A DNA stretch of 63,981 nucleotides, filler included, from Hyphochytrium catenoides (Eukaryota; Protista; Hyphochytriomycota): assembly GCA_900088475.1 (NCBI GenBank). It is 12 parts of 12 records of this genome, joined end to end, with 100 filler letters (N's around TTAATTAATTAA, not from the genome) between each part and the next. Parts side by side here need not be neighbours in the genome. Positions count along the whole stretch, not along the records: positions 1 to 16,445 come from FLMG01002448.1; 11 more parts are not named here. One strand, given 5' to 3'. Position 1 is the stretch's first letter. Each line of letters begins with the position of its first letter. This document shows positions 1 through 14,940 of this stretch, piece after piece. The notes below the pieces were generated by a model. That model saw only the letters and a list, made by a program, of their open reading frames with translations, did no database searches and was not told the DNA's origin. A program made the translations under genes and the position numbers.

Positions 1-1764
1 CTCAAGTCGTCAGTAGTAAGGGTGGAGAACTACTAGTAGGAGGTAACACACATATAACAGTTCCATATTTCACGCCTCCCTTTTAGGCGGCTCCATTTTG
101 CCCCAAGATGCTAGAATGCGACTCCGTTGTTGCCTGTAGAGGACCGGCGTGTTTGGTGGAACTTTACACTTCTTCTTGAGAAAGTAAGGAGCGAGTTCCG
201 TCGCGGCACGAAATTTTCTTGAGGAGATCATTGTAGTAGTCGACCCTCCGCTGTCTATCCCTCCTCCAGTGATGGTGGTGGTGATAGTAGTGACGTGGGC
301 CATTCTATCTTGTTGACACCAACCAGAGAAGAGACCACTAGCTAGTACCACTCGTTTTTTGGGTCTGTAGTAATATTATCATCTTAGTAGTAGGCCCCCC
401 GCGCGCATCATCGAACGACCATGATAGAGAAGAAGAGAGAAGATAGAAGAACAGAAGACGACGCAGGAGAAGAGGATGAAGTAAAGAAGGAAGGGGATGG
501 ATGATTGCGAAGAAGGAGGCAGTTGGCATGCGCGGACGACGTAGTAGTAGGTAATGCAATGCTGCTGCCCCTACCACTACTCCTCCTCCTCCTCACCTCC
601 CTGCTGTTGCTGTGTGCGAAAGCAGAGAGATGAGATATCAATCTAGATAAGGGTAGTATTATTACTGAAGTAAAAATGTGAGCTCCTGAGAACGAACTCC
701 TTTTAGAGGATCATGATGATGGGAAGGAAAGACATTAGCCCGACTTATTATGAGACGACGGCAGTGGTGAGAATGCTGCTGCCTGCGACGAACGTGTAGT
801 ACTGACAGGAGCAGATAGATACTTTAGCATCATGACTAACTGATGAGCCAGGAGGACCTCCTCCTACTGCTGCTGCATGCCACTGATGCTGCTGCTGCAA
901 TGATGATGCTCGATGATGATGATGATGGATCATCCCAGAAGAAGGGGAGGAGGTGGAAATGGAAAGATGGTGGGGGTACTACTAATAATGACCACCCGGG
1001 GAGGAGGACGGAGTGGGGAGGAGGTGGCAAGTCATCATTAAGCGTGCTGCTGGCTGCTGGAGGAGGAGGAGCAGGAGGAAGAGGACGCTTGCTGCTGCTG
1101 CTGCCACGAACAACAGGCGCAGCAGGAGGAGGAGGAGGCAGGAAAGGAAGAAGGAGCAGCAGCAGCTCTCTTCTCCTCTGGCGATCTGCTGTTGTCGTAG
1201 GTGTGCTGTTCGAGTGCCGTGCGGCGTATCCCAGGATAAGGTTCCGGTGGCGTGAAGCTATGGAAATATTCCGAGACAGTAAGTACTACGGACATTGGAC
1301 CCATGAACGTGAAATATTGCGCGGTTACTTTCAGGTTAAGGGCAAGCCAGCATTGCATGATACGGGCCGCCCGGCCGCCCAACGTAACCTCTCCCTCCTC
1401 TCCTCCCTTCTCACACTTCCAGGGCCGTGCCGCCCCGCCCCGCCCCGCGGCCCAGAGGCCCAGACCCACGCCCAGCGGCAGCAGCAGCAGCAGCAGCACA
1501 AAGAGGCAAGCCAAACTCTCCTCCCTGAGTGATCGATCGTCAACGGCCACTTCCTCACTTCTCACGAGCAGCACCGCCGCGCTGAACGACAGGCATTGGT
1601 CCGTTCCCGCCCCAGACCCACCAATAGACCGGCTTTAGCCTCACTTCCTGCCTTGCTTGCAGCACTTAACTGCCAAAAAGAAGATTGAAGAAGAGCGGCA
1701 GAGGCGCGGAACCTTTTGTGCTAGCGCATCGTAGCTTCGAATCGAGCCGCCCTTTAAGCACAAG

Positions 1765-3986
<2,222 letters not shown>

Positions 3987-4424
3987 AGAAGAGAAAGAAA
4001 AGATGTGGAGAGAGAGAGATGACCAGAAAGAAGAGGAGGGACACTATCTATCAAAGCCTTTCCGTGCACTACGTCGCTGGGCGTCTCTGGTGCTAATAAA
4101 TATGTGATGGATCGTCCGCGCTCTCCTGTCTCCTCCTCACCACCTTCCCTGTGTCTGCTCTCCGAAGCGCTGTCTCTCTACTCTTTTGGTTGTCTTCCTC
4201 TCCCTCATGTTGAGAGGACCGACTTGCATTTCCCAGTTCCTCTGATGCATCAGCTGCGTCAGCTGTCCTTCCTCTACAGTTATACCAGCTTATCTCTTCC
4301 TGTCCACCACTTGTGTGGGGTAGAATTCCTTCTCCCGCTCTGTCTCTCTCCCTGTTCCCTCTGACTCCTCTGCTGGCTTCTAGGAACCTTCACCTTATGG
4401 TTTGGCTTCCAAAAAGTTGACAAG

Positions 4425-4427
<3 letters not shown>

Positions 4428-4458
<31 letters not shown>

Positions 4459-4675
4459 GTCCGAAAGGAAGGAGGACATTCCTCTCCTTTCGTTTATCTA
4501 GTAGTATCAAAAGAGAGAAAGGACGAGGAACATCAGAAGAGACGGGTTACCAGCTGCTGGAGAAGCAGTGAGACACTGAAAGAGAGAGCGAGATAAGGAG
4601 AAAGATGAAAAAGAGAGGGAAGGGAGGGAGCGAGCAGAGAGGAAGAGAGAGCAGAGAAAGAAAAGAGAGAGAGGG

Positions 4676-4731
<56 letters not shown>

Positions 4732-5090
4732 AGAGAGAGAGAAGAGAGAGAAGAATCGAAGCTACAGTATGTCAAAGATATGTTCTCTCAGGGTGGGTGG
4801 GCTAGTAAAGGTGAATATAAAATCACCAGCTTTTGGGAGTATGAGGGTGGGTGGGTGGTACAAAGATGCGAAGATTCTGATCGCTGTAACAGCCGCTGCG
4901 GCGCTGGGTGCACACCTTTTAGAGAGAGACGTCGAGGGAGAGAAGGAGGAAGAGAGAGAGAGAGAGAGGGAGAGAAAGGAAAGAGAAAGAGAGAGAGAAA
5001 GGAAAGAGAGAGAGAGAGAGAAAGGAAAGAGAGAGAGAGAGCGAGAGGGGGAAACCATAGAGAGGGGCGAGAGAGGGAGAACAGGAGAGG
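4428..5090. repeat. (GA)n microsatellite cluster, representative of many across the window
   Basis: Long perfect and imperfect AG dinucleotide runs. Confidence 0.95.
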
Positions 5091-5312
5091 ATTAGTGATA
5101 CAAAGCGAGGTCATCTCATTGCCGAAACTCCGACCAACCATCAGCAGCGTCACCTCATCAAGAGTTCTCTCTCTCTCTCTTCTCTCTCTCCCCTTCAGAC
5201 TCCCACTCGATCAATCCTCTCTACTTTTGCTGTCTCGCGCTCCTCGCTCGCTGTGAAGCTCACAAAGGTCTCATCTGCCCGAGGCTTCTCGTATAAGCGC
5301 CCCGAAGGCAGG

Positions 5313-6143
5313 ATGGAAGACACAGATGATATCGGAGAGCAGACGCAGATCGGGCAGGACCAGGTCGTCCTCGCCCCTGCGCTCTTCTGGGGCGCCTGCA
5401 TGGCCCTCGGCTTCGGTCTCTGCTTCTGGGGCTACAAGTTCGTCCGACCCTCACTCGCTGCCATGGGATTCGTCGTCGGCGGGCTCCTCTGCGCGCAGAT
5501 CGCTTCGGATCTTTTAAATGAGAGCCAGGCGGCGATGCTGATCGCCTTCGTTCTCTGCGGCGGGCTGCTGGGCGTGCTCGTGTGGCAGCTTTATGAGGCG
5601 GGCGTCTTCCTCTCTGGAGTCTGGGGCGGGTACGTGCTTGCCTCTCTTCTCTTCACCTCCATCGTGGTGCACATCCAGAGTCACAACCTGCGGTTGGTAG
5701 GCTACTACCTGCTCGTCATCCTTCTCGGCGCTCTAGGAGGCTTCTTGGCTATCAAGCTGGAGAAGCCCGTCATGATTGCCGCCACTGCTTTCGTTGGCGC
5801 CCAGCTGGCCATGCAGGGCATGGGATTTTTCGTGGGCGGCTACCCCTCTCAGCGCGCGATGCGTGAGGTGTACGAGACCCTGAAGGAAGGAGAGACGCCA
5901 GGCCAAATCCCCGGTACATGGATCTGGTATGTGGTGGCCACGGTGCTGCTCGCCGTGCTCGGGATCGTCGTGCAGTTCCGATACACTGCTGTTGGCGTTA
6001 ACCACGCTCACTATGGGCGCAGCACCCGCTTCCGCTTTGAGGACCAAGATAATGAGGCCGCGCCCATCAACAGACACAACGGCGGCGGGAGCTATCAGAC
6101 CGCCGGACCCGATGCCAAGGGGCAGCCTATTCACTTGGCTTAG
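5313..6143 (+). CDS. Multi-pass membrane protein, TMEM198/TM7S3-like (DUF4203-type), intronless
   Basis: ATG at 5313. About 7 Gly-rich hydrophobic segments. GFGLCFWGYKFVRPSLAAMGFVVGG, GVFLSGVWGGY and KPVMIAATAFVGA match the family pattern. Confidence 0.75.
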   Translation: MEDTDDIGEQTQIGQDQVVLAPALFWGACMALGFGLCFWGYKFVRPSLAAMGFVVGGLLCAQIASDLLNESQAAMLIAFVLCGGLLGVLVWQLYEAGVFLSGVWGGYVLASLLFTSIVVHIQSHNLRLVGYYLLVILLGALGGFLAIKLEKPVMIAATAFVGAQLAMQGMGFFVGGYPSQRAMREVYETLKEGETPGQIPGTWIWYVVATVLLAVLGIVVQFRYTAVGVNHAHYGRSTRFRFEDQDNEAAPINRHNGGGSYQTAGPDAKGQPIHLA

Positions 6144-6333
6144 AAAGCTCACTAATCGAGCGTCCAGGCAATGCCAGTGATTAGGCTTCCGGGGGGCTAG
6201 GCAGCAGAGCATTTGGAGAAAAAGTTTGCTAGTGGTCAGAGGATGTGGCAGTGTCAGAGAGGAGTGAGTCCATTGTCTATAGTCTGTTTGCTACGTCAGG
6301 GATGGGCTGTCAGTGTCGACGATAATCTTTAAA

Positions 6334-8449
6334 CTATAACTCTTCCTTCTCATCGCCTGGTGGCTCTGTCTCTTTTCCCTTGCCCACAGGGCTCTTAGCG
6401 TGTGACTCTTGCAACTCTTCTTCGGTGGATGGTGGCCTCTGTATCTCTGCCGACCCCTGGTTTCTCTCTGAACCTTTCGCCTCTTCAGCTGGGGAGTTGG
6501 CGCTATTGCCAGTCGCTGTCAGTGGCACGTTGTCCTGTGTGCTCCGCGCTGTGTCCTTGTCCTCCGCAGTATCAATTCGCTTGAAGCGGCCGAAGCGCAA
6601 GCCTAACATTGCGGGCTCGGTCCACGTCTCCAATATCTTGACTCTACGGCCGGGCGGAAGAATGTAGGCGGGAGAGAATCCATGGTGAGAGAGCGAAACA
6701 GATAGGTTTACAGCAGATCCTAAGAAGTGACAGCTACGGACAGGAAAAAGCCGAAGAAGTCGGACGAACCATCAGTGGATGAGGAGGGAGGTAGAGCCGC
6801 ACAAACCGCCCTAGGAGCTCGCGAGTCAAAGGCAACGACGCGGATACGAGTGTCATAGCCGGTAATAGAGGGAAACAGCGCTTTCGAGGGGAGAGCAGAT
6901 GACCACGAAGAGAGGAGAGACAGAGAGTAACCTTAAGTAGGGACAAAAGAATGCACGGAAGAGATAAGAGAAGGTGGCCGCTCTCACCTCTCTTCCTTGA
7001 TAATGTGGATCTTCAGAGGCGTAGCTCCACGAAGATCGAAGCGCACGATGCGCACAATGAAGCCGTCCCTGTTGGGCCCGCCCAAATACTGATCAGAGAA
7101 GATGAAGCGCCGCGATCCCGCCTCCAGCAGGCGGCGGGCCATGAGGAGGTGTGGCCGCTCGGAAAGGAGAAGATGGACCACAGGGATTGTGGACGGGCAA
7201 CTTTGAAGGGACATGGAGGCTGGGCAGGCGTCTTTGTTTGAGGCCCATAATCTATAGCCGATGATCTGAGCGAGAGAAGGAGAGAAAGGGAGAAAGCGCG
7301 CCTTTCAGGATAGGGACAAGCGAGGGATAAAATGATGAACACGCAGAATCGATTCTGCGCTGATGGAAGGGAAGGGAAGAGACATGCAGAAAAAGAGAGA
7401 GGATGGGACAGAGCTGGAAGGGTGGAGGCAGAGACTGCAACTCACCCGTCACATCCAGTCGGTACAATCAGCCAATCAACAAAGAGAAAGAGCAAGAGAG
7501 AGCGAAAGAGAGAGAGAGAGAGGTAGGGTGGTTTGTGTGTGAAGGGTGCGGTGTAGGGGGGCCGAGGGAGAGAGAGAGAAGAGAAGAAGAAGGCAGAGCG
7601 AAAGCGAGAGGGAGAGAAAGAGAGAAGAGAGAGAATAAGAGAGAATAAGAGAACGCCTGACCGTGTACTCTCCCGCCAGGTCAAAGTCAATAAAAGCGTC
7701 AGTGGTCTGGCTGGTGGTCCACCAGTCCTCTTCTCCCAGCACATTCTGCGCCGCGCTATCCTCTCCTGAAACTCCTAGAATGCGGACGCCTGAGACCTCC
7801 TCGTTTTTGTCGGTCAAGAAGTGTATTCTGTTCACACCGAAGTCTGAAGAAGGGAGAGATGAGGGGAGGATGGTTAAGAGCAATAAATCAGAGAAAGAAG
7901 GTCGAAGCAGAGACAGCAGGAAGTATAACCCAATCCGAGCTTAACAGGAGCTGCAATCATGGAGCCAGGCCACGGACTAGAAAGACGAGACCAGAGGGTC
8001 GACCCACTGCCGAGGTCATCCTCTATCATCTTCGGAGATAGATCTTGGGGGCCAGAGCAGAGATCCTCCCTCGCAAGAGCAATCGAGGAGGTTGAGAGGA
8101 CAAGCAAAGAGAAGCAAGAGAAGTCCACGCGTGTACAGCGAGGAAGGGATGAGGGCAGGACACTAGACGGGACGTTTCTTCTTACAATGTGCGCCGTAGT
8201 TCTTATGAAGAGTGAGGCGCAGGTATCGCCCTCGGAACGGGCGATCAAGGGCGTACACCTCAGGCTGTTGGGACCGCCGCCCTTCGAACTTCTGCAGCAG
8301 CTCCACCTGTCCGCAGAGCCGCGAGCCCGCGCGCTGGCGGAGGAAGCTTCTGCCGTTTCCAAAGATTGGCAGTACATTCTCATCTCCACGGAAGAGAGAC
8401 AGAGCACCAGACTGAGGAAGAAGGGCGGTGGAGGAGCGACCAAATTGAC

Positions 8450-8486
<37 letters not shown>

Positions 8487-8966
8487 GATGGCTGAAGGAG
8501 AGATGGAAGGGGTAAGAGGGACGTTTACGAGTCAGGCAGCAGAAAAGGAGGTTAGAGGGGTAGAAAGAGAGCCATGGGCCCCGAGGCCGTTATGAGTGGG
8601 GAGAGAATGGTGCTACTGCGAAGGGATAGTGGGAGAAAGAGATGGCCTATGGGCAGGGTGATGAAGACAGAAGAGATAGAAGAGCCACGAGCGTGCAGGG
8701 AATGTCCACGCAGTTAAATAGGAGGAGTGAGGTTTGACGGAGCACAACGGCGGAGAGAGTAGAGGCCCACGTACTGGCTGACCAGGCTCTGAGTCTCTTG
8801 TGCCGCCATCCGCGATCCCTCCCAGCAGCACCGAGGGGCTGGCGTGGAAGGGGTTGATGTTTACTCCCAAGTGGGCCAGGAGGGGCAGGAGGACCACCAG
8901 GGGCGAGAGGAAGAAGCAGGAGAGAGAAAGCGGGATCCAGAGCAGGAGAAAGGTGCGCTCCTCCAT
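6334..8966 (-). CDS. Multi-exon hypothetical protein: N-terminal hydrophobic anchor, galactose-binding-like (F5/8 type C-like) segments, C-terminal KEEL
   Basis: Approximate exons: 8966-8775 (MEERTFLLLWIPLSL...), 8412-8187 (FRGRYLRLTLHKNYGAH), 7845-7662 (AAQNVLGEEDWWTT...FIDFDLAGEYT), 7251-6987 (LWASNKDACPASMSLQ), ~6665-6334 (...GDEKEEL*). One junction is not resolved. Confidence 0.5.
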
Positions 8967-9891
8967 CCTCCTCCTCCTTTTCCTGAGAACTCTCAGAACT
9001 AACTTACGATGTCGTCCCTCGTGCGCGGCGCGTGGGATGGACAGCGTCCCTACGGTTCAGAGCTCAGAGGCTCGGCCGTGTGATGCTCGGCCCGCGGGTC
9101 TCGTGGAGCTTGAGCTCTGCTGTGTAGCAGACGAGTATGGCAAACGGACTGCAGAGGGCCGTAAGGAGAGGGAAGGAGTTTCCCTGCCGGGGTGTGCTGG
9201 GCGTGTGCTGGGGCTGGTGCCCTAGGCTTCAGATGCATCAGTGCCAGAAGTAGAGAGACTGCAGGGGCGGGACCAGGTAGGCCGCGGAGTTCTGAGGAGG
9301 CGGAGGAGCGAGCTCGACGCTGCGGCGGCGCTGGTGCCGGCAGACAGATGGCCCTCTTCGTATAATCTACGCAGTGACCGAATTCCGGTGTTGCTCTACC
9401 GAAATACAGGTCAGCTCTATTCCCAAAGAGCTATCATTTACTTACACCGTTTTCTTGGTACCGAATTTAGAAATGTTATCAGAAGAGGAAGAGAGAAGCG
9501 GTACCGAAGTTTATTTTGACGATGCTCTTCATCTTTCCTCCTCCTCCCCCTTCCCTGCCCCGCTCCTCACTCACTGCTGCGGCTGGGAGAAGACAGACCT
9601 CTCCTCCTCCTCGGCCCTGTGCCCCCATCCCTGGCACATCTCCCTTCACTTGGTGCTGAGAGGGCGGAGAGTGATGAGAGAGAAGAGAGAGAAAGAGAGA
9701 GAAAGTGTGTCCAGATCAGCCACCAGCCTAGACTGGCATGGGAACGAATGGAGACCAGAACTGACTGATGAAGCTGGCTGAGGACCGAGAGCGGCTATCG
9801 TCGGAGAGGAAGCGAGCTCATGAGGAAAGAATGTGGCTTGGGGAGCGAAAGAGAAGGGACCAAGCCTTTTCATTCCTTTTATTGAAGTCTA

Positions 9892-12493
9892 TCATTTATT
9901 CTTCCGCCGCTTTTTCGCCTTGTACGCATCGTTCTCACCATCTGTCCGATAGTAGCGCTTTAACATGCCCATCAAGAATGCCCGTCGGTTCCTATTCGTC
10001 AGAAAATAAGGGCAGAGGGACGCAATGAGAAGATTGGTATGACGAACCAGGAGAGGAAGAGATGTGTGGTCAACCGCAAGAAAGATCGGTGGAGAGCCCA
10101 CGCAAGCCAGAGGCACGTCGGGAAGGAGAAGATGCCGACAGCATCGCCAAAGATGGTGATGGCGGGGACACCATGCCGGGACCCTATATCTAGAGAGAGG
10201 GAGCTCGAGGAAAGGAACACATAGGAGACGGGAAGGGTTGTCAGCCTACGTGACTGATTTCTTGTCCGCTGCCGCAAACTCCTCGAGCGCCTTTACAGCT
10301 GTCTCCTTATCGAAGCGAGACAGCGCTTCCAGAGCCCGGTCGTCCACGTCCTGCCTGTGCAAGTCCAGAGGACGGCTTGCTTCCTTTTTCTCCAGGACCT
10401 CTGCCACAAGCTGTTCTAGAGAGTGCAGGGTCTGCCGCTCCTGCTCTTTTCGGAGGCGCTTGAGACGGGTTTGCTTGCTCTGCCATAATGGTTGCAAGAG
10501 TTAGACAGAAGGCCAGTTTGGAGAGAGAAGGTTTGATGGCGCTGTGGAAAGATTGTGAGGAGAACCAAGCGACAAACCGACAGAAACAGCAAAATAGTGA
10601 CACAGCTTCTTGCATCTCGAGCCCCTACCGGTCCAGCGCCATCTACTGTGCGCTCGACATTGATCCTCCGGCCGTGAAAGAGGGTGTGGTGCAGCCCCAG
10701 CGCCTGTGCCGCTGCGGCCTCGTCTGCCACGTCAATAAAAGCCAGGCCTCGAAACTTTCCCGTTCCCTTTTCCGTTAACATCCTCAGGTCAACAGCGCCT
10801 GTCAGAGGAGCAAGTTAGCAGAGAGAATGTGCCCTTGAGGAGCGAGAGGTCCACAAAGATCGGCAGGGCCCTTGATGGACGATGGACGATTATGGGCCAG
10901 ATGCTAAGGTTGAGGCTCAAGAAATATACCGGTGACACTCTTGAAATGCTCCAAAATTGCCTCTTTGGTCGCGGAGTAGGGCAATTGGCCTATAAAGAGG
11001 GCGATCTTCTTGCTTCCTTCTCCGTCTCCTGAGATAGTTGACATAAGAGAAAAGGGCAATTTGTTAGACGCTCCTCCCTCAATAAGAGAGCGAGGAGAGC
11101 GATAGAAAGAGAGAGCAGCGTAGGGATCGAAGGAGGAAAGAGAGGGACTGGGGCAACGACACGGAGCAGCCCTGGAGGAGCAGCGGACAAAGAAAGGTTA
11201 GGGGAAGGAATGATGCTGAGTTGGACCTGCTTTCTTCCGTCTTTTCTTCTTCCCTTCACTACCAGGAGTAGATGCCGGCGTCGCTTCTTCAGTTGCTGCT
11301 AGAGCAGCCGCGCGGCGGGCTTTTCTTCGCTCCTTTGCATTCATCTTCTTCTCCTCTCCCTCTGTTTCTGTGACAGGCACAGTTGCGGTCTGGGCCGCAG
11401 CCTGCTCTGCTGCTCGACGCGCTTTCCGTCGGTCCTTTGCATTCACTTAAGGGGAAAATGAGTCAAATGAAGAGGAGATAACGTTAGTCTTCAGGAAGAG
11501 GAGAGGAGGGGAGACATCAGGAGAAGACATATCATAGGACAGAGGAGGGGGGAAGAGATAGCCAATTGGAAGCGGGAAGACATTTGTTGAGCTGGAGTAA
11601 GAGCTCAGAAAGGAAGGAACAGCGCTTGGAAGACAAAGAGAAGTGCACCAGGTACAGAGAACATCTATTCTAGACGGGACCTCAGAGCGAGTCAAAGTGC
11701 GGATGAGGGAGAAGAATGGCACGAAGACAGAAAGGACTAGAAGAATGAAGGATGGAAGGAAGAAGTGAGAGCAATGTCAGGCAAGGCAAGCTTGACTTGT
11801 CACTTACTCTTGGCTCCAGCAGCCGCTTCTGCTGGCTGGTCCAGAATGGATTCTGTGGGGCGCGGAGTACTTAGCCTCGCATTTCGGGAGGAAGAACTGA
11901 ATGGCCTACCTGCAGGAGCGGCTGCTTTTCTCATGTCTTCGTCTTTATCTTCTGGCGCCTTAGTCCTTTCGTTGACTTCGTTCTTTTCCTTCTCTGCATC
12001 CTGTCCGTTCCGCACCGTGCTGTCAGCCTGGAGCTGGGCCTGCTGGCGCTTCAGCTTGCGCCGCTCTTTGGCATTGAGCTTAGGCTGTGAAGCTTGAGGG
12101 CCAAGAGTTTATGAATGAGGGGACAGGGGTCGATCTCAGTTCAGTGGTTTACCTTCCTCTTTCTCCTTCGTGTTTGACTGCTCAACCTCTTCTCCTTCCT
12201 CTGGAAGAAAGACGAGTTTGTTCTTCACACGCATAACCTTGAGGTCCTCTGAGAGGGAGAGAGACACAGAGAGACAGAGGAAGGAGAACGGTGCCGCATA
12301 TGTGAATGAATAGAACATCAAAGGCAACCGATGAAGCGGGAGGGAGAGAACGAGCGAGAGTGAGCGAGCGGGAGCGGTGCATATTCGATAATAGAGCAAC
12401 AATGGGGTTAGATGGAGGAAGTGGGAGAAAGAGAGAGGATAAAGAGAGAGGTAAAAAGAGAGAGAAGGAAAGAGAGAATGAGGTAGAACGAGA

Positions 12494-12533
<40 letters not shown>

Positions 12534-12817
12534 GAGAGAGAGATCAATGAGGGGAGGAGCTCGCTCGCCAATCGGGGTAGGGCTAGCCCGACCTTCGTCT
12601 CCCTCTGTATCTCACCTCCATCTCCTTCTTGCGCGATACTCCCGGTCTCCGGTGCGATAATTGACGACTTGTCTCCTTTTCCTTTTTGTCCCTTGCCGTC
12701 AGCCGGAGGAATTGTTCCGTTGACCTTCCTCTTCGACGACTTAAAGACAGAAAACCCGCCCTCATCTTCAGATGAGGAGGTCGAGGCGGAGGCCTCAGAG
12801 CTTCCTGAACTTGCCAT
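9892..12817 (-). CDS. RNA-binding protein: basic NAK(E/D)RRK repeats, Nop6-type RRM, C-terminal NURR/hnRNP-Q acidic-domain-like module
   Basis: About 9 GT-AG exons. RNP2 LFIGQLPYSATKEAILEHF (~11000-10940) and RNP1 KFRGLAFIDV...LHHTLFHGRRINVE (10780-10650). Then DVDDRALEALSRFDKETAVKALEEF|NRRAFLMGMLKRY, stop at 9892. Confidence 0.8.
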
Positions 12818-13541
12818 TCAAACAGCGCAGCGCCAGGGACCCAGCTTGGCGCCTGACCTTCAATATCCCAGTGAGACTAGAGAGCAGCAAAAGCGGTCCA
12901 CCCCGCCTGAGATCTGGCTTGGCTGGGATGTGCGCTGGCCCTGCTGCAGTAGATGAAGAGCCGTAGGAGGCTGAAGACGAGAGGGGAATGCTGAGAGTGC
13001 AGGCTCCTCTCTGCTTCTGTTCACCTGTCGGGTCCCGTCCTGCTGGTCCACTCAGGGCGATCAGAATCCCTGCCCAACATGAGAGGTTACCAGCCAGCCG
13101 AATCTTGATGGAGACCGAAGCCTGAGGACGAAAGTAAAATATACTTTGAACATAGAGGGGAAGGACGACAATTGAGTCTTATTTGAAGGTTAAAATTACT
13201 TTCGGGAATGCTTTCGGTATCGAAGCTGATGATATCAGTGGTGGCACGATTCTGTGCTGCTGCTGCCGGGGCTGAGGCTGATGAAGGCTTGAGAGCTTCC
13301 TCCTCCTCCTGAATCCCTGCTGGCGCCATCATCAGGAGCCAATGCCAGCGCTGCAGGCCTGGCAGGAGACTCAGGATAGCCGGCGCAGGGGCACACTCAC
13401 GCAGTGTTTGCTGGGACTCCATGGCCCCGCTCAGGGTAGACAGAGTGGCAAGTGCATGAGAAGGCGGTGCCTTACTCTGGCAGGGAGGGACATCACGTGC
13501 CGAGCTCAGTCCTTGAGAGGCAGCTGAGTGGTGGGAAGGGC

Positions 13542-14228
13542 ATGGCTCAACCGACACTTCAGAGCTTCACCTCTCTGTATGGGAAGTATGACGGCAGACG
13601 GGAACATGGTGCTTCCACACTCTTCCAGGTGTACACAGAGATGCTCCAGAGCGTGCCTCTCTGGGAAGCCGTCCAGGTAGTGGAGCTCCCTTCGCTTCAG
13701 TGCTACGGCATCCTTGCGGCACGCAAGCTCAGCGGGTTGGAGGCTGATTCGGAAGGTCGAAGGGAAGGAGAGTCTGGCGCGGTAAGGACTAAGATGAGCC
13801 CAGGCCAAGCCGCAGAAAAATCCCCGTCTGAGAGGCACTGACAGAGCCACTGACAGGTGCCTGAGAAGCGAGTCATGGAGCTTGTGATCCCACTCAACCT
13901 GTTCCAAAGCCTGACTTATGAAAGGTGAGAGAAGAGGATGCTCTGCTAGCAGTATCAGCTGTCCTTGGCTCGTAAGCTGACCGTGACCCTCACAGGCTGC
14001 TCACTATCATCCGCACAGCCAACAGTGATCAGTCTCTGCTGCCGCAGCTCCGTACGGCTGGGGCGCTGAGAGCCAACAGGGCGGGAGTGGGCATCCGACT
14101 TGCTTTGTGTGGAGACAGCGCGGTCAGGTGATAGATGGATTGCGTTCGTGCTCTCCTGACGTGCTCAAAAGCTGATCTGTGCGCTGCTCAGCTACTACCA
14201 AGCCCAGGAGCTATTCAATGATGACTAG
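13542..14228 (+). CDS. tRNA-splicing endonuclease subunit Sen15-like protein, 4 exons
   Basis: Exons 13542-13781, 13857-13924, 13996-14127, 14192-14228 splice in frame: FQVYTEML..W..VQVV..., ELVIPLNLFQSLTYERL, IRLALCGDSAVSYYQ. The last motif resembles the Sen15 LAIVxxDSTxVYY signature. Confidence 0.6.
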
Positions 14229-14940
14229 AGCTGTGGGTCTTTCCCCTAGAGATCGGCACACAGGCACAGCTCCAGTGCTCGTCGCACAGTGCGGCCCACA
14301 CACTCCAGATGAAAGGTGATAGGGCTTTAAAAGCGCAATGTGGCAGAGAGAGGAAAGCGCCACCATCTGGATGATCCAGACAGCTTCCCATGTTCAGTGT
14401 TGCCGTGGCGCTGGATAGTAGGTATGACAAGCCATAGCGCCCCACCTCTAGATGGCCACCTTGGGAGCAGGAGCTCAGTCAGGGATTGAGAAGTTCCTTA
14501 CTTTCCCAACCTCCTGTCTACCTTACGCCTGGCAGCGGGTGTTTCTACTTCTAAGTCACATTCAGAGTGGGAAAGGCGAGTATTGATTTCTAATATCCGC
14601 CATTGCTCAGGCCAGTCCCTGCTTGCCGTGGTAACAGTGGCTATTAGCTGCCTTTCTTGCCATGAGACTAGCGAACGGAGCTGGTGGTCAGGCTGTAAGC
14701 GGTAACAGCGCCATAGACAATCTCTCATGTCCCTCAACCGAGCTGGTTCTCCTCTTCCCATCATGTTTTTTGGGGTACCACGGCTCCTTTGGCAGCTCCA
14801 CTGCCATAAGCTCCTGCAGGCATGGTACTGGCGTCTGCACTGATGGAGGAGTCAAGGATAGAGAGCGGGTGTGAAGTGCATGAATATCCTTAGATAACTG
14901 GCTCTCAAGTATAGCGCTCTTTGCTCCTGCTGGCCCAACC

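Noticed and set aside
70-1638. Overlapping ORFs on both strands (e.g. 843-1532, 1038-1574)
   Set aside because: They are driven by trinucleotide repeats (GAT, CAG, GGA). I found no domain or convincing splice structure.
4533-5256. ERERER / LSLSLS ORFs here and throughout the window
   Set aside because: They are translations of (GA)n/(CT)n microsatellites.
7959-8453. 164-aa plus-strand ORF
   Set aside because: Antisense shadow of a minus-strand exon bounded by splice sites.
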